Assembly: GCF_001194135.2 (NCBI RefSeq)
Contig: NC_068991.1
Location: 27,412,729-27,459,804 of the forward strand
Length of the DNA: 47,076 nucleotides
Direction: 5' to 3'
From: Octopus bimaculoides
Lineage: Eukaryota
The position numbers and the translations under genes were made by a program. The notes beneath the pieces were generated by a model, which saw nothing but the letters and a program-made list of their open reading frames with translations, did not search any database and was not told where the DNA came from. Below are positions 23,690-36,831 of this stretch, piece by piece. Each line of letters begins with the position of its first letter. Positions within the stretch are counted from its first letter, which is position 1.

Positions 23690-24040
23690 TGCTAGGTCAA
23701 CATCAGCATTTCGACTCCGAGGTATATACTGTCCAAGCAGAGACTTCTAGCACCACTGCGCTTCAATTTGTTTCTGTCCGTTCTTTCTTGCAGTCTGTTC
23801 GATCCGTTTTGCTTGTTGGATAGCAGTGGTTTCATGTTCTTAATCTAACTCAGGGTTAATGCCAAGTTCCCTTCCGAATATACAAGCGTCCTTGACAATA
23901 GAATGTGATTTTTTGCTGCTTTCGTGCTTGCACACACGCCGCAGCATCCAATCCTCTATACTAGATAAATACTTGTTCATTGCTATTGTGGAAGTTTTAT
24001 AGCACAATTCTACCTGCATCATTCCTCGCCCTCCATTACA
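23690..24040 (-). mobile_element. R4/Dong-clade LINE internal fragment (post-RT region)
   Basis: Minus frame: NGGRGMMQVELCYKTSTIAMNKYL...DWMLRRVCKHESSKKSHSIVKDA...KSLLGQYIPRSRNADVD, matching the GGRGL...K.LHGQY region of R4/Dong ORFs; its 5' end abuts (TAA)n. Confidence 0.75.
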
Positions 24041-24060
24041 TATTATTATTATTATTATTA

Positions 24061-24121
<61 letters not shown>
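24041..24121. repeat. (ATT)n / (TAA)n microsatellite
   Basis: Read directly. Confidence 0.97.
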
Positions 24122-24139
24122 GACCACCATACTGTAAAG

Positions 24140-25340
24140 TCACTGAAATATGAGGCCCCAACTTACAACACCTCCTAAAACACTAGAAACAAGACTATGA
24201 ATATGCAGAACTTATATCTCTCCAACGATGGGAAAAGTGTGAAGTGTGGTTTCTTATATACGAAGAGGGATTTTAAAAAACACGCTCTACAGACAATCCC
24301 TTCATCAAGAAACAGAACAAAACAATAAACCCTACAGAAACAAGCATATCATCAAACACAACACATCTAAACCACAAACACAATTCCCTCCCAACCCAAA
24401 CCAAATACACCCAACTACAACCAAAAAAACCTACCCAACCACAACAACACAAAATTTCTTTCACAAATCCAAATCCAGAAGTGACATAAACCAACCTGGA
24501 AAAGTTACACTCGGGTTACAGAGGGCTACATCAGGGCATCTAATAAAATATAACCAGAAGTACCCCGACCGGAACCACAATCATTACAGCATAAACACAA
24601 ATGCCTTTGGAAGAGACCCACCCAAACCACCCAGACCACTCAGAATCCCAACACGACCGCAACATAATAGCAACTACAGTAGACCCCCTTCTCAAAACAC
24701 TCGCCATTAAAAACGACCCTACAGACCCACTAAAATCAGACCAACAACAAATATCAACTACACTAAAAGTAACTTTCCTTTTTTAGCACAAGGACAGAAA
24801 TACCAGGACACACGTTGTCTACCCCCATACACGAGAAATCAAAGGTAATTAACCTTTCAAAAATCCATTAATTGACACCCAAATAGAAATTCTAAGTAAG
24901 AGACTGAAGTTTACACACACCACAAAAACCAAACATCCCCGAATTGAAAAATTTCATTGCAGAATACTGCCGAAAACTCAGGTTGGCCGAATAATCATTC
25001 AGCAATTCTAACGATCTATGTAAACACGTGCAACGGTTGCCAACATAATTACATAGGTCAGACAGGAGGATCGTTACGCAACAGAATGACGACTTACAAC
25101 CAACAGATCCGAGACATATACACGAGGAAAATTCCTTTAAGCAGTCGCATTGCAGCCTGTCCAATTACCCAATTTCAAAATCTTTCCCCTCTACAAGTGC
25201 TCAGATCTTTTCAACTAACAACAAAGACTAAATAAAGGCAACGTATTATCAAATATAAGCCACAATTGGATAGAGAATCAACCACTACCATTCAATAAAT
25301 AAGAACGGATACTCAAAAAATGTATACATACTATTGATTT
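24140..25340 (+). mobile_element. Penelope-like element relic with GIY-YIG endonuclease
   Basis: IYVNTCNGCQHNYIGQTGGSLRNRMTTYNQQIRD...KIPLSSRIAAC (ORF 24957-25235) is a GIY-YIG motif with CxxC. The upstream A/C-rich part (24140-24850) is assigned only by position. Confidence 0.75.
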
Positions 25341-25375
25341 TGGAAAATCAATTTCCATCAATTCTTAGATATTTT

Positions 25376-25380
<5 letters not shown>

Positions 25381-25418
<38 letters not shown>

Positions 25419-25498
25419 TGCACACACACACAAATACACACTCATATACACGTACACAGACACAGCTGGAGACACTAGAAAGAAAACATCGCAAAAAT

Positions 25499-25529
<31 letters not shown>

Positions 25530-25625
25530 ACATCGCAGTTCAAACGCACACACACACACACCAAAAGGAAGGAAAACCTTAATTCCACCATATCACAACA
25601 CACACACCCATTGACACACATCTGG
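25381..25625. repeat. (TA)n and interrupted (CA)n repeats
   Basis: Read directly. Confidence 0.88.
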
Positions 25626-26149
25626 TCACATTCCAAACATATTGAAAGAATATTCAACACAACGCACACGCATACAGCTGGACATAAAACCCATTCAATA
25701 AATGCTTTTAAGTCACTTCCTCGGCACAGAGATATTTTCGCACAGAGATATTTTTAGACAATACACAACTACACCCGCTCTCTTTCTCTTTAACACCTTG
25801 AACTCTATACCAAGTTCTTTACAAGCAAACTATATTTAAATTAGACTTTACGGAAAAACTACAGACATGTTCTAACCACCAAACTGAAGATAAATGCAAA
25901 CTGTTTTTACTTTAAATTCCAAGATTTTATTAATATTTGATAAAATTCATCATCGAAACCGGTAATATTAGATTCTTGAGAAGGGGGTTAGAGACACCGT
26001 AGGACATAGATATTATACATCAAAAGAGCAAAAATATCGATTTCTTTAAAGAATATGAATCTAACAGAGTATTACTATGATATAAAACATGTGGAGATAT
26101 GGTATTGACTATTTTGTGAAACCTATGGGCTAGCTCATGACCATGATGT

Positions 26150-27515
26150 TCGTGACACATAAAGTAAAAAGTAAATCAATGACTTTAATTATGAATGTAA
26201 ACTCTTAAACACTTAATAGGAACAAATTTGATAATCGGGTGATTTTCATACGCTTTTATTTCCCTTCCAATCGTCCCAGAGTAGCTCGATGGTCTTGATG
26301 TTGACCCATCAATAAATATGAATAAATGCCTCAACAATAATTTATTTGTGTGACGGAAACATATTAACCATTGGAGTGGACGCTCAATACTTTCTTCTAG
26401 CGATCGAATGACACCATTATGGATTCCAACATTTACATTCGTTGCATCACAGCCAATCACAGTTAAATCATCCAAAGCAACATCTTTTTCAGCAAAGAAT
26501 GATGATATGATTAATGCAATAGCTGACTAGAATCAGGGGTAATATGACCAACATAGAATGAATAAGGTTCTTCAATCAAAATGTGTTCTTGAAAACCGAT
26601 CTGAGGGTAGAATTTGGTTCCTTTTTTAACTTGAATTCTTGTTTGGTCTTTTCTTCCGTCAAAGTAGAGTGCTTCTAAGTTTTGAACATCACTCTCTCTT
26701 GCAAGAATACTTCTGTATTTGGTTCTTTCTATTACCAGTTCATGATCTTCTTTTTCTACTATGTTTTTCTACTATGTTTAAATCTGTGAGTAGGGCAGAA
26801 GCAACAGCTGCTGCAGATAGGTCTGACAGACCAAATCTATCACATTCTCATGAAACTGTTGGTAAATTAATTCTCATTTATTTATTTACTTTTATTTCAT
26901 TTCTTTCTCCGTGGTAGACATCCTCTGTTGGAGGAACATTGCCCCTTTTCTCGCGCAGAACTATTCATTTCCATTTCTTTTTTATACATTCTTTCTAATC
27001 GCTTTTCCTTCGCGATACGTCTTCGTGTTCCACCAATAAACATATTCCTCTGATTTCTTTGATCAACTAAAAATTCTCTTTCTTCTATAGGCACTTTCTT
27101 ATCTCTGCTACAAACACTAAATACTTCGCATTTTGCAGCAGGCTATAATATCCAGTAAGTTTCCACAAAGTAGTCTAAATTCGGAAATTCTTTTATCGTA
27201 ACAATCACTGTCAATTCGACCAAGATTTTTCTTTAGATTGCAATATTTCTCATACCATGATTTAACTATTGATTTAATTATTGACTCTATACGTTGAAAA
27301 GATGCTCTATTCCATATCTCAATAAGAGAGGTTGCTAGTTTTGAGGATATGATATCAACTAGATTTCGATTTGGAAGTTTCTCATAAGACTTTATATACA
27401 TGAAATTATTTAACATATCGCTCACTGTTGAAAGAACCTTATCTTCAAAAAGCCTGATGGTCCCTAAAATAGGACACTCGTAAGAAGATCTTGTCATTAA
27501 GTTAGTAGCCATTAC
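26150..27515 (-). mobile_element. hAT-superfamily (hATm-like) transposase relic, 3'-truncated
   Basis: Three ordered minus-strand ORF pieces: N-terminal ...LIEIWNRAS... (27117-27512), PIEEREFLVDQRNQRNMFIGG (26897-27094), and catalytic region IGCDATNVNVG.HNGVIR.LE...RPLQWLICFRHTNKLLLRHLF..IDG (26185-26475) containing the CxxH motif. Confidence 0.8.
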
Positions 27516-27567
27516 ACGTAAGTATATAACAATTTAACGGAAAAAAACGTTTCCAGGAGCATGATAA

Positions 27568-27570
<3 letters not shown>

Positions 27571-27632
<62 letters not shown>
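27571..27632. repeat. (TA)n microsatellite
   Basis: Read directly. Confidence 0.97.
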
Positions 27633-27635
<3 letters not shown>

Positions 27636-28320
27636 AGAGTGAGGATATTAATTTAATTAACACCAAATTTTAAATCAGTGGCCTAGCATAAAAAAAATTC
27701 TGAAAATTCAGAAAAATTATATTACATAAATGTGAGAAGGGATGAAAATAATTCCAATGTAATCGGTAGAACTGTACACATGTCTAATTTTATGTGGACA
27801 ATCCGTGTATTCTTCTGCAAATTATATTGTATCGAACGGTTGTATTGATGAGCCTCGGATGGGTTATGTAAGTAAAAATTACATTAATCCATTAATGCGC
27901 GAAACCTGGTCTACAACTAATTCTTTATTTTTGTATAGATATATATTAGATATATCTAGATATATATAGATATATTTTTGAATAGATAACAGAGGAATAC
28001 AGGTTACAAAGGGGTAGAAGGAGGTAAGGGGACGGTATAAGAGTCACTTACTAGAAGTAGGGACAGTGCTAAAACATTAGTGTTTGTAGTCAGGTCAGCA
28101 CACATTACAATACTGGCACTGTATATAGGTTAGATATTCTCCAGCTATTGTGTCGAAATTTGATATGGGGTTTTTATGGACATTGTCAGTCTAAGAGAGT
28201 AATGTTCAGATGTTGCTATCTAGCCATAGTACGGGATTATATAAGAAAATAAAAGGATACTAGTTGTAGTCATATTGTAGAGGTCAGGAATGCTTTTATT
28301 ATCCAGGAAATAAATACTGA

Positions 28321-28321
<1 letters not shown>

Positions 28322-28401
<80 letters not shown>

Positions 28402-28715
28402 GTGTGTAATTACGTATGACACTCAAATTCGTGAAGCGTTCCATATGTTTGCTTATTGTTCCTACACCTGTCTTAGTCTTTGTTTCTCTATAGATTTGAA
28501 CTATATATATACTCATACATGCTTAGGAGTTTGCATACATACATACATACACAACGCATATGAATGTATCTATATGTCTACGCACACACATACACATAAA
28601 CTCATACACATATATATAACTACATGCACACATACATACTCACTCACACACTCACTCTCTCACTCACTAACACACACACTCACTCATTCAATTACTCACA
28701 TACATACGCACATAC
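28322..28715. repeat. (GT)n followed by degenerate CA/CACT-rich repeats
   Basis: Read directly. Confidence 0.9.
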
Positions 28716-29649
28716 ATGGTTTTGAACAATACCTCATTTCTCCTAGCTTCTTGATTTTATGTATTATTTGTAATCTGTGAAATTCTTATTACATTTCTTC
28801 TTTCATGTGTGTTATTTCTGTTGAAAAGAAAACATAATTTATGAGTTTTTACTCTCTTCTCTTTATGTTCAGCACTGGAATCCATCGGTGTGCGGTGACG
28901 TATATCATAGGCACTATTGATATACTGGAGTTGATTCAATGCACTCATCTTCAACAAAATTTGGCCTTGTGCCTAAGTCATAAATCTCTGTCATTTGTCT
29001 ATTTATTGTCTACTAAAACAAATTAATCTTATTTTCTTTATTCGCACATTTATAAAATGTCAGCAATTTGACAAGAGATAAGCCTAAAATCAAAAGACTA
29101 AATATATTACAGTAAGTAAAACCGCCTCTGGCTCTGTAGTATAGATGTCTTTATTTCAAAAGTTCTGAATTACAATCTTCCACGAAACCTTAGTCACAAT
29201 TTATGTTCCTAACACTAACTTAATGATAACTAAGTTATTTTACTAATTTCTTTTTTATATCTAAAATTAATTGAAAGAAACACAAAGCATCTCAACAGAA
29301 ATACGGTAACAAAAGGTTTAATGTCGATTAAATTAGTAGCAGTAATATATAGAGACCGATGCGATGGACTACAGGATACGTCATATTTGTGAATATTTGC
29401 CTTACAAGAAAATGTTAAAAGCGAACATTTATATAGAATTATGTAGAAAGCTTGGTTAGAAAATGAATACAAGCTTGAGTCAAATGTCTCTGGAATTCTC
29501 ATTAATTCTTTCAAATATAATCATTTATTATCAATACTAATTTCAGTTTCAATTTTAATGACAAATGATATTTAGCATTGCAAGAAAATTTAACAGGCTA
29601 TCTTTTCTGGTTTATAGAATTTCGAAGGAAAATCATTGTTAACTGTGAA

Positions 29650-30125
29650 TTTTAGGGTTTATAAACCTAATATTTTCCTATCCTTCCTTAATACCGGTTC
29701 CAATACGCTATTCATATCTGCACTCGGTCTGTTTAGGAGGTTGTTGTGTTCTAGCATATGTCCTGCTTCATTTAGTTTTCGTATTTTCCAGTGGTGTTCT
29801 CTGTCTATTATTTTAACTTCATCCCACAGGGGGAGGTGGTCTCCATTTTTCCATACATGATCAACTATACCCGATTTATCAATATCTGCTCGTGCCACAG
29901 CTTTGCAATGTTCATCTACCCTTATCTTTAGGAACAGCGTGTTTCACCTTTGTATAACCTACCACAGCTGCATGGATTGGAGTACACGCAGTCTTTGGTC
30001 ATATTCTCTTCTGTTGGTGGTTTTAATGAAGGAGATATTTTCGAAGTGTTGTATTACTCTTGAATACTGTCCTGATGTCATATGAGCCGCATATCTTGTC
30101 CGTGAGAGCATCCATTGCAACCGTT
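29650..30125 (-). mobile_element. Penelope-like element C-terminal GIY-YIG fragment
   Basis: TKDCVYSNPCSCGRLYKGETRCS (frameshift) KIRVDEHCKAVARADIDKSGIVDHVW...WDEVKIIDREHHWKIRKLNEA. Confidence 0.85.
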
Positions 30126-30149
30126 GGAAAAAACATCAACTAAATAACG

Positions 30150-30548
30150 AAATCAAAGTGTGGTTATCTTCATTACTTAGGAAAATAACCAGAGATGATG
30201 ATAGAAAGGGAATCCAACAAGATCAAGAAAAGTCGAATATGAAGGAACTTGAAATGGTGAAGATACGCCAGATTAAGAAGTTTATGGAAATCAAAGGCCA
30301 GAGAATGAAGACTGAAGTCCGTCACCCACCTGTGAAAGCAGTAATTGATGTAAGAAGCCGACATTTAGAAAGCTCTGAAGAAACAGTACAAAACAAAGGT
30401 TTCAACTTTGCGGCAACCATCAAGCGCATTCCATACTTGGACATAATAGCTCCTATTGAAGAGATAGCCATAAAGATACCAAAAGCTCAAGGAGATGAAC
30501 TAAGGTGGAAAGTGAGACAAGTCCTAGAAAAAGCGAAACTTGCCAAAC
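30150..30548 (+). mobile_element. Penelope-like element pre-RT (N-terminal) fragment
   Basis: VIDVRSRHLESSEETVQNKGFNFAATIKRIPYLDIIAPIEE...DELRWKVRQVLEKAKLAKP resembles the L...E..VL.KGLNFA region upstream of PLE RTs. Confidence 0.7.
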
Positions 30549-31030
30549 CAAGTTCCGGTGACTTGTCCTCGCTGAAGTCCGACAATGCCTCCTTCACCTC
30601 TGCAGCTGTGATCGGCTCTTCACAGCATTCCGCTTACCACCACAAGAGAGGCGGAAAACCGGCGAGGAAGTCCACCGCCCCTCGTGAAAAGCTGGGCGAA
30701 ATGCTCACGAAACACCTTGCACATCTACTCGAGTTCGTTTACTGAACGATCATGTTTGTTCGTCAAGGACTTTATTGTTGCGTTGTTGCCGGGTTGGCTC
30801 TCTACCACACGGAACCATCCGGGGACGTTGATCCCCTCTTCGCTTAACGCTCACAATGAACCCTTCATGTTTAGCTTTGAGATGTTGGTCGAGTGCCAAC
30901 CTCGCCGCTAAAACTCTGGATGTAGAGCTTGACCGCATTGCCTCTTCCAGAATCTTAACTGATTCCCTTTCTATTCTATTTCTAGAATTAGCTGCAAAAT
31001 GTTTATGTATAGATTCTACGTGATTATCCA
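30549..31030 (-). mobile_element. L1/Tx1-clade LINE ORF2 fragment (EN-RT linker)
   Basis: Minus frames: ARLALDQHLKAKHEG..., MCKVFREHFAQLF, CCEEPITAAEVKEALSDFSEDKSPELG, the IT..EV..AL......KSPG.DG motif preceding L1-type RT. Confidence 0.75.
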
Positions 31031-33056
31031 TTGGTACATTTAATGTAAAAAAAAATACTTGCTAATCCTTCAAGGAAATTATGAATCATTATGTATTTCA
31101 AATTAGAATTTAAAACATGTTCGCTTACTTAAATTTTGAGAAATGGATTATGTAGGATTATTTGCTAAAATCGGTCACTATGAGAAAATCGGGGATCCAT
31201 TGTCAAAGGATCCACTGAGTGAGGTACGGCAATGGAGTTTGAAATATTAGCTTTCATTTCTGGAAAGGTCATAGAACCTCGATAATTATTCTCTTTCACC
31301 GAATATCTCATGATATACTGATCACCTGAAAACAATTTTTAAATCATAGTAGAACACAACGGGATGGAACAATAACTGAACCTTTCTTTAAAACATGTGG
31401 AATTCATTACTCCAGATTTTCTCTAAAACACTGAAAATGTACTTTAATATCCAATAGACGTTATTCATTCTGAAAGGAACTGAATCCTATGAATCCTATT
31501 AACTAACTTTTCTAAATGATTACTTGGAAATTTGCTGGTGTAATGGAAATAAATATCAGAAGAAAAATCAGTCTTTTATTCTAATGTGTGAACATTATTA
31601 TATAAACTTATGACAGGAGACAGCTCATGACAAAATTGTACAAGAAAGCATGAAGCGATGCTGATAACTACGTATAACTGCAAACAAATAAAAGACATCC
31701 AGTTACATCTTTATGTCGCCAATTTTTCTCTCAATACACATCACAAGTATTCACTTTTATTTCCTTTCTATTAACTAACTCTTTCCAAGGTTCCTTTCAA
31801 TGATGACCTGGCTGTTTTATCTTTCAATAGCACCAAAATAAGATATTATATACTGTATCAAAATAAAATATTACACTATAACCTTTCAACCTATAAACAA
31901 TTCACAAATTAAATCTCATTTTGCTTTATAGACTTAACAGTCACCGATATTGCTTCGTAAAGACCTCACATATTCCATGGAGCCAAAACTTACATCACAA
32001 AGGCTGGCTTTTCTCTTTTGTGTCAATGGACACTTTGTATTTGAATATCTATGAATACCTAGTAAAAACTAAAATAATATTGGTTAAACTTTTTCTCCAG
32101 GCATAAATGACGCATATTTCTAAAGAGAATTGTATGCTGTAACATTCATGTCTTTTCTCCAGAACATTTAGTGTGTATGTGAAGTTATTTGACTTCAACA
32201 AAAAATTAAAACACAATTATACTTTCGATTCGCCAGGAGCTTGCCTCCCGCTCACATATGTTTCGAATTTACACACTGTAATACTTTCATACTAAAATAT
32301 GGTCGAAAACTATCAACACCATAATGCACACATACACTCGATGTAGACTACATGCAGAAAAGTATTGTACGCTAAGTAGCTAAGCGGATTGAACTCATCT
32401 GCCGTCAAACTTTATCCTATATTTTATCTTTTCTAATGCCCCGACAATTCCAAATACGCGGTCATTCTACTTGCTTAAGTGAACAACTAAATCTTGAAAT
32501 CCAATAGTCTTAAAGAAAACATGTTAGATAATGGAGTTCGGAATACACTAAGTATGAAAGAGCAGACAGAAGAGTCATTCATAGAATAAGCTCGATTATA
32601 AGTTTGGTAGATTTGTGTTGTTCTGACACAAAACAACTACAATAACAAACTCACCTCTATAACAATGCCAGTTTCCTTTTAAAAACCCTCAGAAACCTCG
32701 GTTATCATACGGATTCACACCGACCTGGTGTCACCAACCCTTCTTGTGATTATTAATTTTCAAACCTACCAAGTCTAATTTTTTCTATATTAATGACATA
32801 TCAATTCCTTGTACTATACATATTTCATATGAAAAGGATATTAGTATGGAACAGTGTGACGGTGATATAAATGATAAGTGCCATATATACTGATTCTTGC
32901 ATTGGCAAAATTAGCCATGTTTTTAGTGGAGAGAGAGCTTACGAGAGGAAGCGACGTTCGCGATTTTCACACGAATGTTGTGTTAGGGATAAATCTGCTC
33001 ATTAACCATATACTAAATTACACACACACACTCACACACACTCACATATATTTATA

Positions 33057-34164
33057 TTGGGTCATCCCATAGATAATGAGGTTTTTTTCAATTGCATGAA
33101 CTAAGCCGGAGGTGGTCGGGGTAAACTACCTGCATCAACTTCCTATGTAAGCAGGTAGTAATTTTACCTTGTACTTCTTTTGAAGACTGCAATTCGATTT
33201 TAACAATAATGTTTTCAAATCTATAATGGAACAACAACGCAACGGAAAGTGCGAGGAATATTAATGCAGTATATGGTAATTGGACAATAGGCGTAAGCCA
33301 GTGCCTACGGCGGTTCCAGAGATTATAGCCTAGAAGACTGACCGCATCCTGAAAGATCTATAGAGCTCGATGAGGACGTCCTGCAAACCATGGAGGAATA
33401 AAATCCGATCGTAACTGTGGAGAAACTAGCAGAGGAGCTTGGATTTAGTCATTCAACCAATTATCGACACCTGCCTGCCATCGGAAAAGTCAGCAAATTG
33501 TGTCAATGTGTTCCTCACACAATTTCCGAGTTTAATCGCACGCAGAGAGTGAATGTGTGCTCTTCTTTGCTGTCACATTTAACGAATGAACCTTTATTCA
33601 ACCAATTAGTGACTGGTGACGAGAAATGGTTTCTCTATAAAAATGTCAAGTGCCGAAGGCAGTGGATAGGGAAAGGAGAAACACCGGCAGCCAAGACTAA
33701 AGAAAGTCTTCAACTACATAAGGAGTTTGGTGGGATATGAAAGGTTTAGTCCACTTTGAACTTTTAATCACAAACCAAACGATAACAAAGATCTACTACG
33801 AGCAGCTTGAATGGCTTAAGTCAGTCCTAGAAGAAAAACGACCATCCAGGATAATGCTCGGCCACATACAGCGAGAACGAAATTGCAAAGGCTATCTGAT
33901 TATCATTTATTCCGCAGTCTTCAAAATCATTTGGACAGAAAAAATATGAATTCTGTAGACGAGGTCAGAATAGTACTGGAGGAATAATTTTCGTCACGGA
34001 CAACTGAATTTTGGAAGCGGGGCTTTGCAAGTCTACCGGATAAATGGAAGGGCATTGTAGAAAATGAAGAAGAGTATACTTTAGATGAAAAAAGAATATT
34101 GTTTATCTTAATTTTAAAAAACAAAAAGAAGTATAAAAAAAACATTACTTATGGGATGACCCAA
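33057..34164 (+). mobile_element. Mariner with both TIRs, internally deleted and inactive
   Basis: TIRs TTGGGTCATCCCATA(G/A); transposase pieces KVSKLCQCVPH, LVTGDEKWFLYKN, GLVHFELL, LPDKWKGIVENEEEYTLD; TA at 33055-33056. Confidence 0.92.
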
Positions 34165-34289
34165 TGCCTACATATATATGTACATGTATTTATCGTTCTT
34201 ATACACATGAAAAGCAGATAAAACAGCCATATGTGTATCGTACTTAATGCAAATACATCGTAGTCGTCCGGGCCATAATAGAGAAACTA

Positions 34290-35910
34290 ATAACCGCTTG
34301 ACCGTGAGAACTCCTTTTTGCTGATGACGTCGTTCTTATGGCTGAAGCGGTAGCAGAATTAAAATAGAAATTCCAGGAGAGCAAGCAAAACCTGGAATCA
34401 AAGGGCCTTAAAGTTAGCTCAGAAAGCAGACAGTATATTTTATTCGTTCGGTAAAATGTCTCTGCTCCATATGTAAAAAAAAAAAAAAGAATGAGTAGGT
34501 AGGTATTGCATACGGTCTATCCACTGCAAACTATAGTGGTGCAGTGGTATCACTGGAAGATAAGCAAGGAAAGTAGAATTTGCCTGCAATAAACCTGTAA
34601 AAGCAATAAACACCAAGACCACTCAGTGAACTAGATATTCTCGAATATAGTATGTAGTTTCTTTTCACAAGGTGGCACAATTTGCAGTAAAGGAGGATGA
34701 TCTGAAAGTATAGTTGCTAGAATACGAAATAGCTAAAGAAAGTTCAGAGAATTTTTACTTCTTATGGTAACAAAAAGCCACTCTCTCTCTCTATCACACT
34801 TTTTCTCTTTGTCTCCCTCTCAGAATGAAAGAGAGGTTGCATTATGCTTGGATATGAACAACAATGATACATGGTGAAGAAACGCGGGTCATGAATGAAT
34901 GCAGAGGATATGAGAAGACATGAAAGAAATGATGCTAGCATGCACCGACAGATGAACAACATCAGCTTGCATGTCGACAAAGAGCAAATGTATTGAGTGA
35001 AAAATTGGTCATATAAGACAGCAGTTGCTGTGTGTGAGAGAGAAGACTGGTCATGTGATACTTATTGATGAGGACAGCTGTAGAAAGAAGTGCTGATCGC
35101 TAAATGTGAAAGGAACTTGTGGAGACGAGAGACCCAAAAGGACGTGTCATAAATTAGTGAAATTCGATCCGAAAGGATTAGAGTTTCGCCGTGCTCGAGA
35201 AGATCCCTCCATTTACCAATGTCTATGCAGCCCGCACTCAATCTGCACTTCTGAAACTTACCCCATAACTTACCTTTGTAACTCCTACCTTTCCCTCATC
35301 CCTCTCCCTGCGTCACTATTTCTTAGCTACTATAATTCTATGAGAGCAGAATTGCACTTATTCTTACCAGTACTACCATTTCTGTAACTACATCCACCCC
35401 TATGTACGTCTGACCTTTGTTCGTGTTACTGGGTCCTTTCAATCGCCCCTACACTTCACCTTATTTACTCTCCTTACCCACCCACTCAACTTCAATTTTC
35501 TTCCCCCATTCTCTCCGTATCCTCATTTCTTGTATTTTGATATGCGCCCCAATACCTCCTCTTCATCATTGTTTCTCCCTTTCTTGCTGGGATACCCATG
35601 TATCACCATTTCAGTAAAACACCTAATTTTGTTCCTTTTTCCGACACTAGCCTCTCTACACTTGGTACAAAGCCACCTCAACTTTGCCTAGAGGTTTTGT
35701 TTTGCGGCTTTCTTAATAAACCTACCAGTGTTGGTTGCACGTAAAAAAGCACCTGGTACACTCTATAAAGCAGTTGGTTTTAAGACAAGAATACACCTGT
35801 AGAAGCCATGCGAAAGGCGACATTAGAGACCAACACACGCTAGCCATTTCCTGTCGAAATGTCCATCGCACGCCAGCAAGAAACATGGACAGTGATGATA
35901 ATGATGATAA
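34290..35910 (+). mobile_element. Second RTE-clade LINE, degenerate 3' portion with 3' UTR and (GAT)n-like tail
   Basis: ELLFADDVVLMAE...QNLESKGLKVS; SESIVARIR..RKFRE; ERNDASM; EGTCG..RPKRT-like C-terminus; 3' UTR GCACGTAAAAAAGCACC...ATGGACAGTGATGATAATGATGAT. 35290-35700 is an unassigned insertion. Confidence 0.75.
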
Positions 35911-35933
35911 TACATACATTCATACATACACAC

Positions 35934-35968
<35 letters not shown>

Positions 35969-35974
35969 CATACA

Positions 35975-36036
<62 letters not shown>

Positions 36037-36042
36037 CATACA

Positions 36043-36074
<32 letters not shown>

Positions 36075-36080
36075 CATACA

Positions 36081-36110
<30 letters not shown>
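35911..36110. repeat. (TACA)n microsatellite
   Basis: Read directly. Confidence 0.97.
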
Positions 36111-36112
<2 letters not shown>

Positions 36113-36455
36113 ACTTCCAATGATACTTTACATATTTTATGATGCACAAATGATTGTCGAATTTTGGTGCCGAAGCAATGGTTATTATTATTATTAATGA
36201 AATATTTTTGGTTTTTGATCATATTAGTTAAACCATTCTAAGCAAAGAACAGAATACACATACTATGGTTTTCAAGGAGATAAAACTGAAAAAAGACGTC
36301 TATAAAATCGTGTCCTAAAGAAAAAGAAAGAAAGACAGAAAGAAAAAGAAATTTCATTACTCATATTTTTTTATATTTCCTGGTAATATTTCTTTTGCAA
36401 TATCTTTTATCATTTAGCTTAATCATTTAATTCCTTGGAAATACTTCTCTGATAG

Positions 36456-36557
36456 AATATTGTTGAAGGAATCTTAAAGGAATGTTACAATAGAATGGGT
36501 GTAGCAACAGATCTACCATTATATTCGCATCCTAGAAATCAAAAAGGGACCTTCTAC
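36456..36557 (+). CDS. Candidate 102-nt phase-0 exon: NIVEGILKECYNRMGVATDLPLYSHPRNQKGTFY
   Basis: ACTTCTCTGATAG acceptor, TAC|GTGAGA donor, single open frame, length divisible by 3. Confidence 0.25.
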
Positions 36558-36831
36558 GTGAGACAAACTGCTTGAAACAGAAACCAAATTCACTTATAAC
36601 TATCCCCCAACAGTTTTTTTTTCCGGTAGGATATATTAGTATGTTAAGTTCTAGATATCTCTAAAACGACGAGATCGTCATGGTTGAATTGATTTTAATC
36701 AAGGTATTTAATATCTAACAGCGACGGCAAGAATATGTCCAATCTCTTCACCATGACTGAAGTGCAGCAACGTAATAATAGCAGTTGTTATTACTTCTGA
36801 CAGTGTTTCTGTTTTAGTTTATTGTCGGTGG

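Noticed and set aside
25884-25965. CTGAAGA...GAAACCGGTA hammerhead-like boxes downstream of the PLE relic
   Set aside because: Stem I and stem II pairing could not be built convincingly; at most a decayed pLTR.
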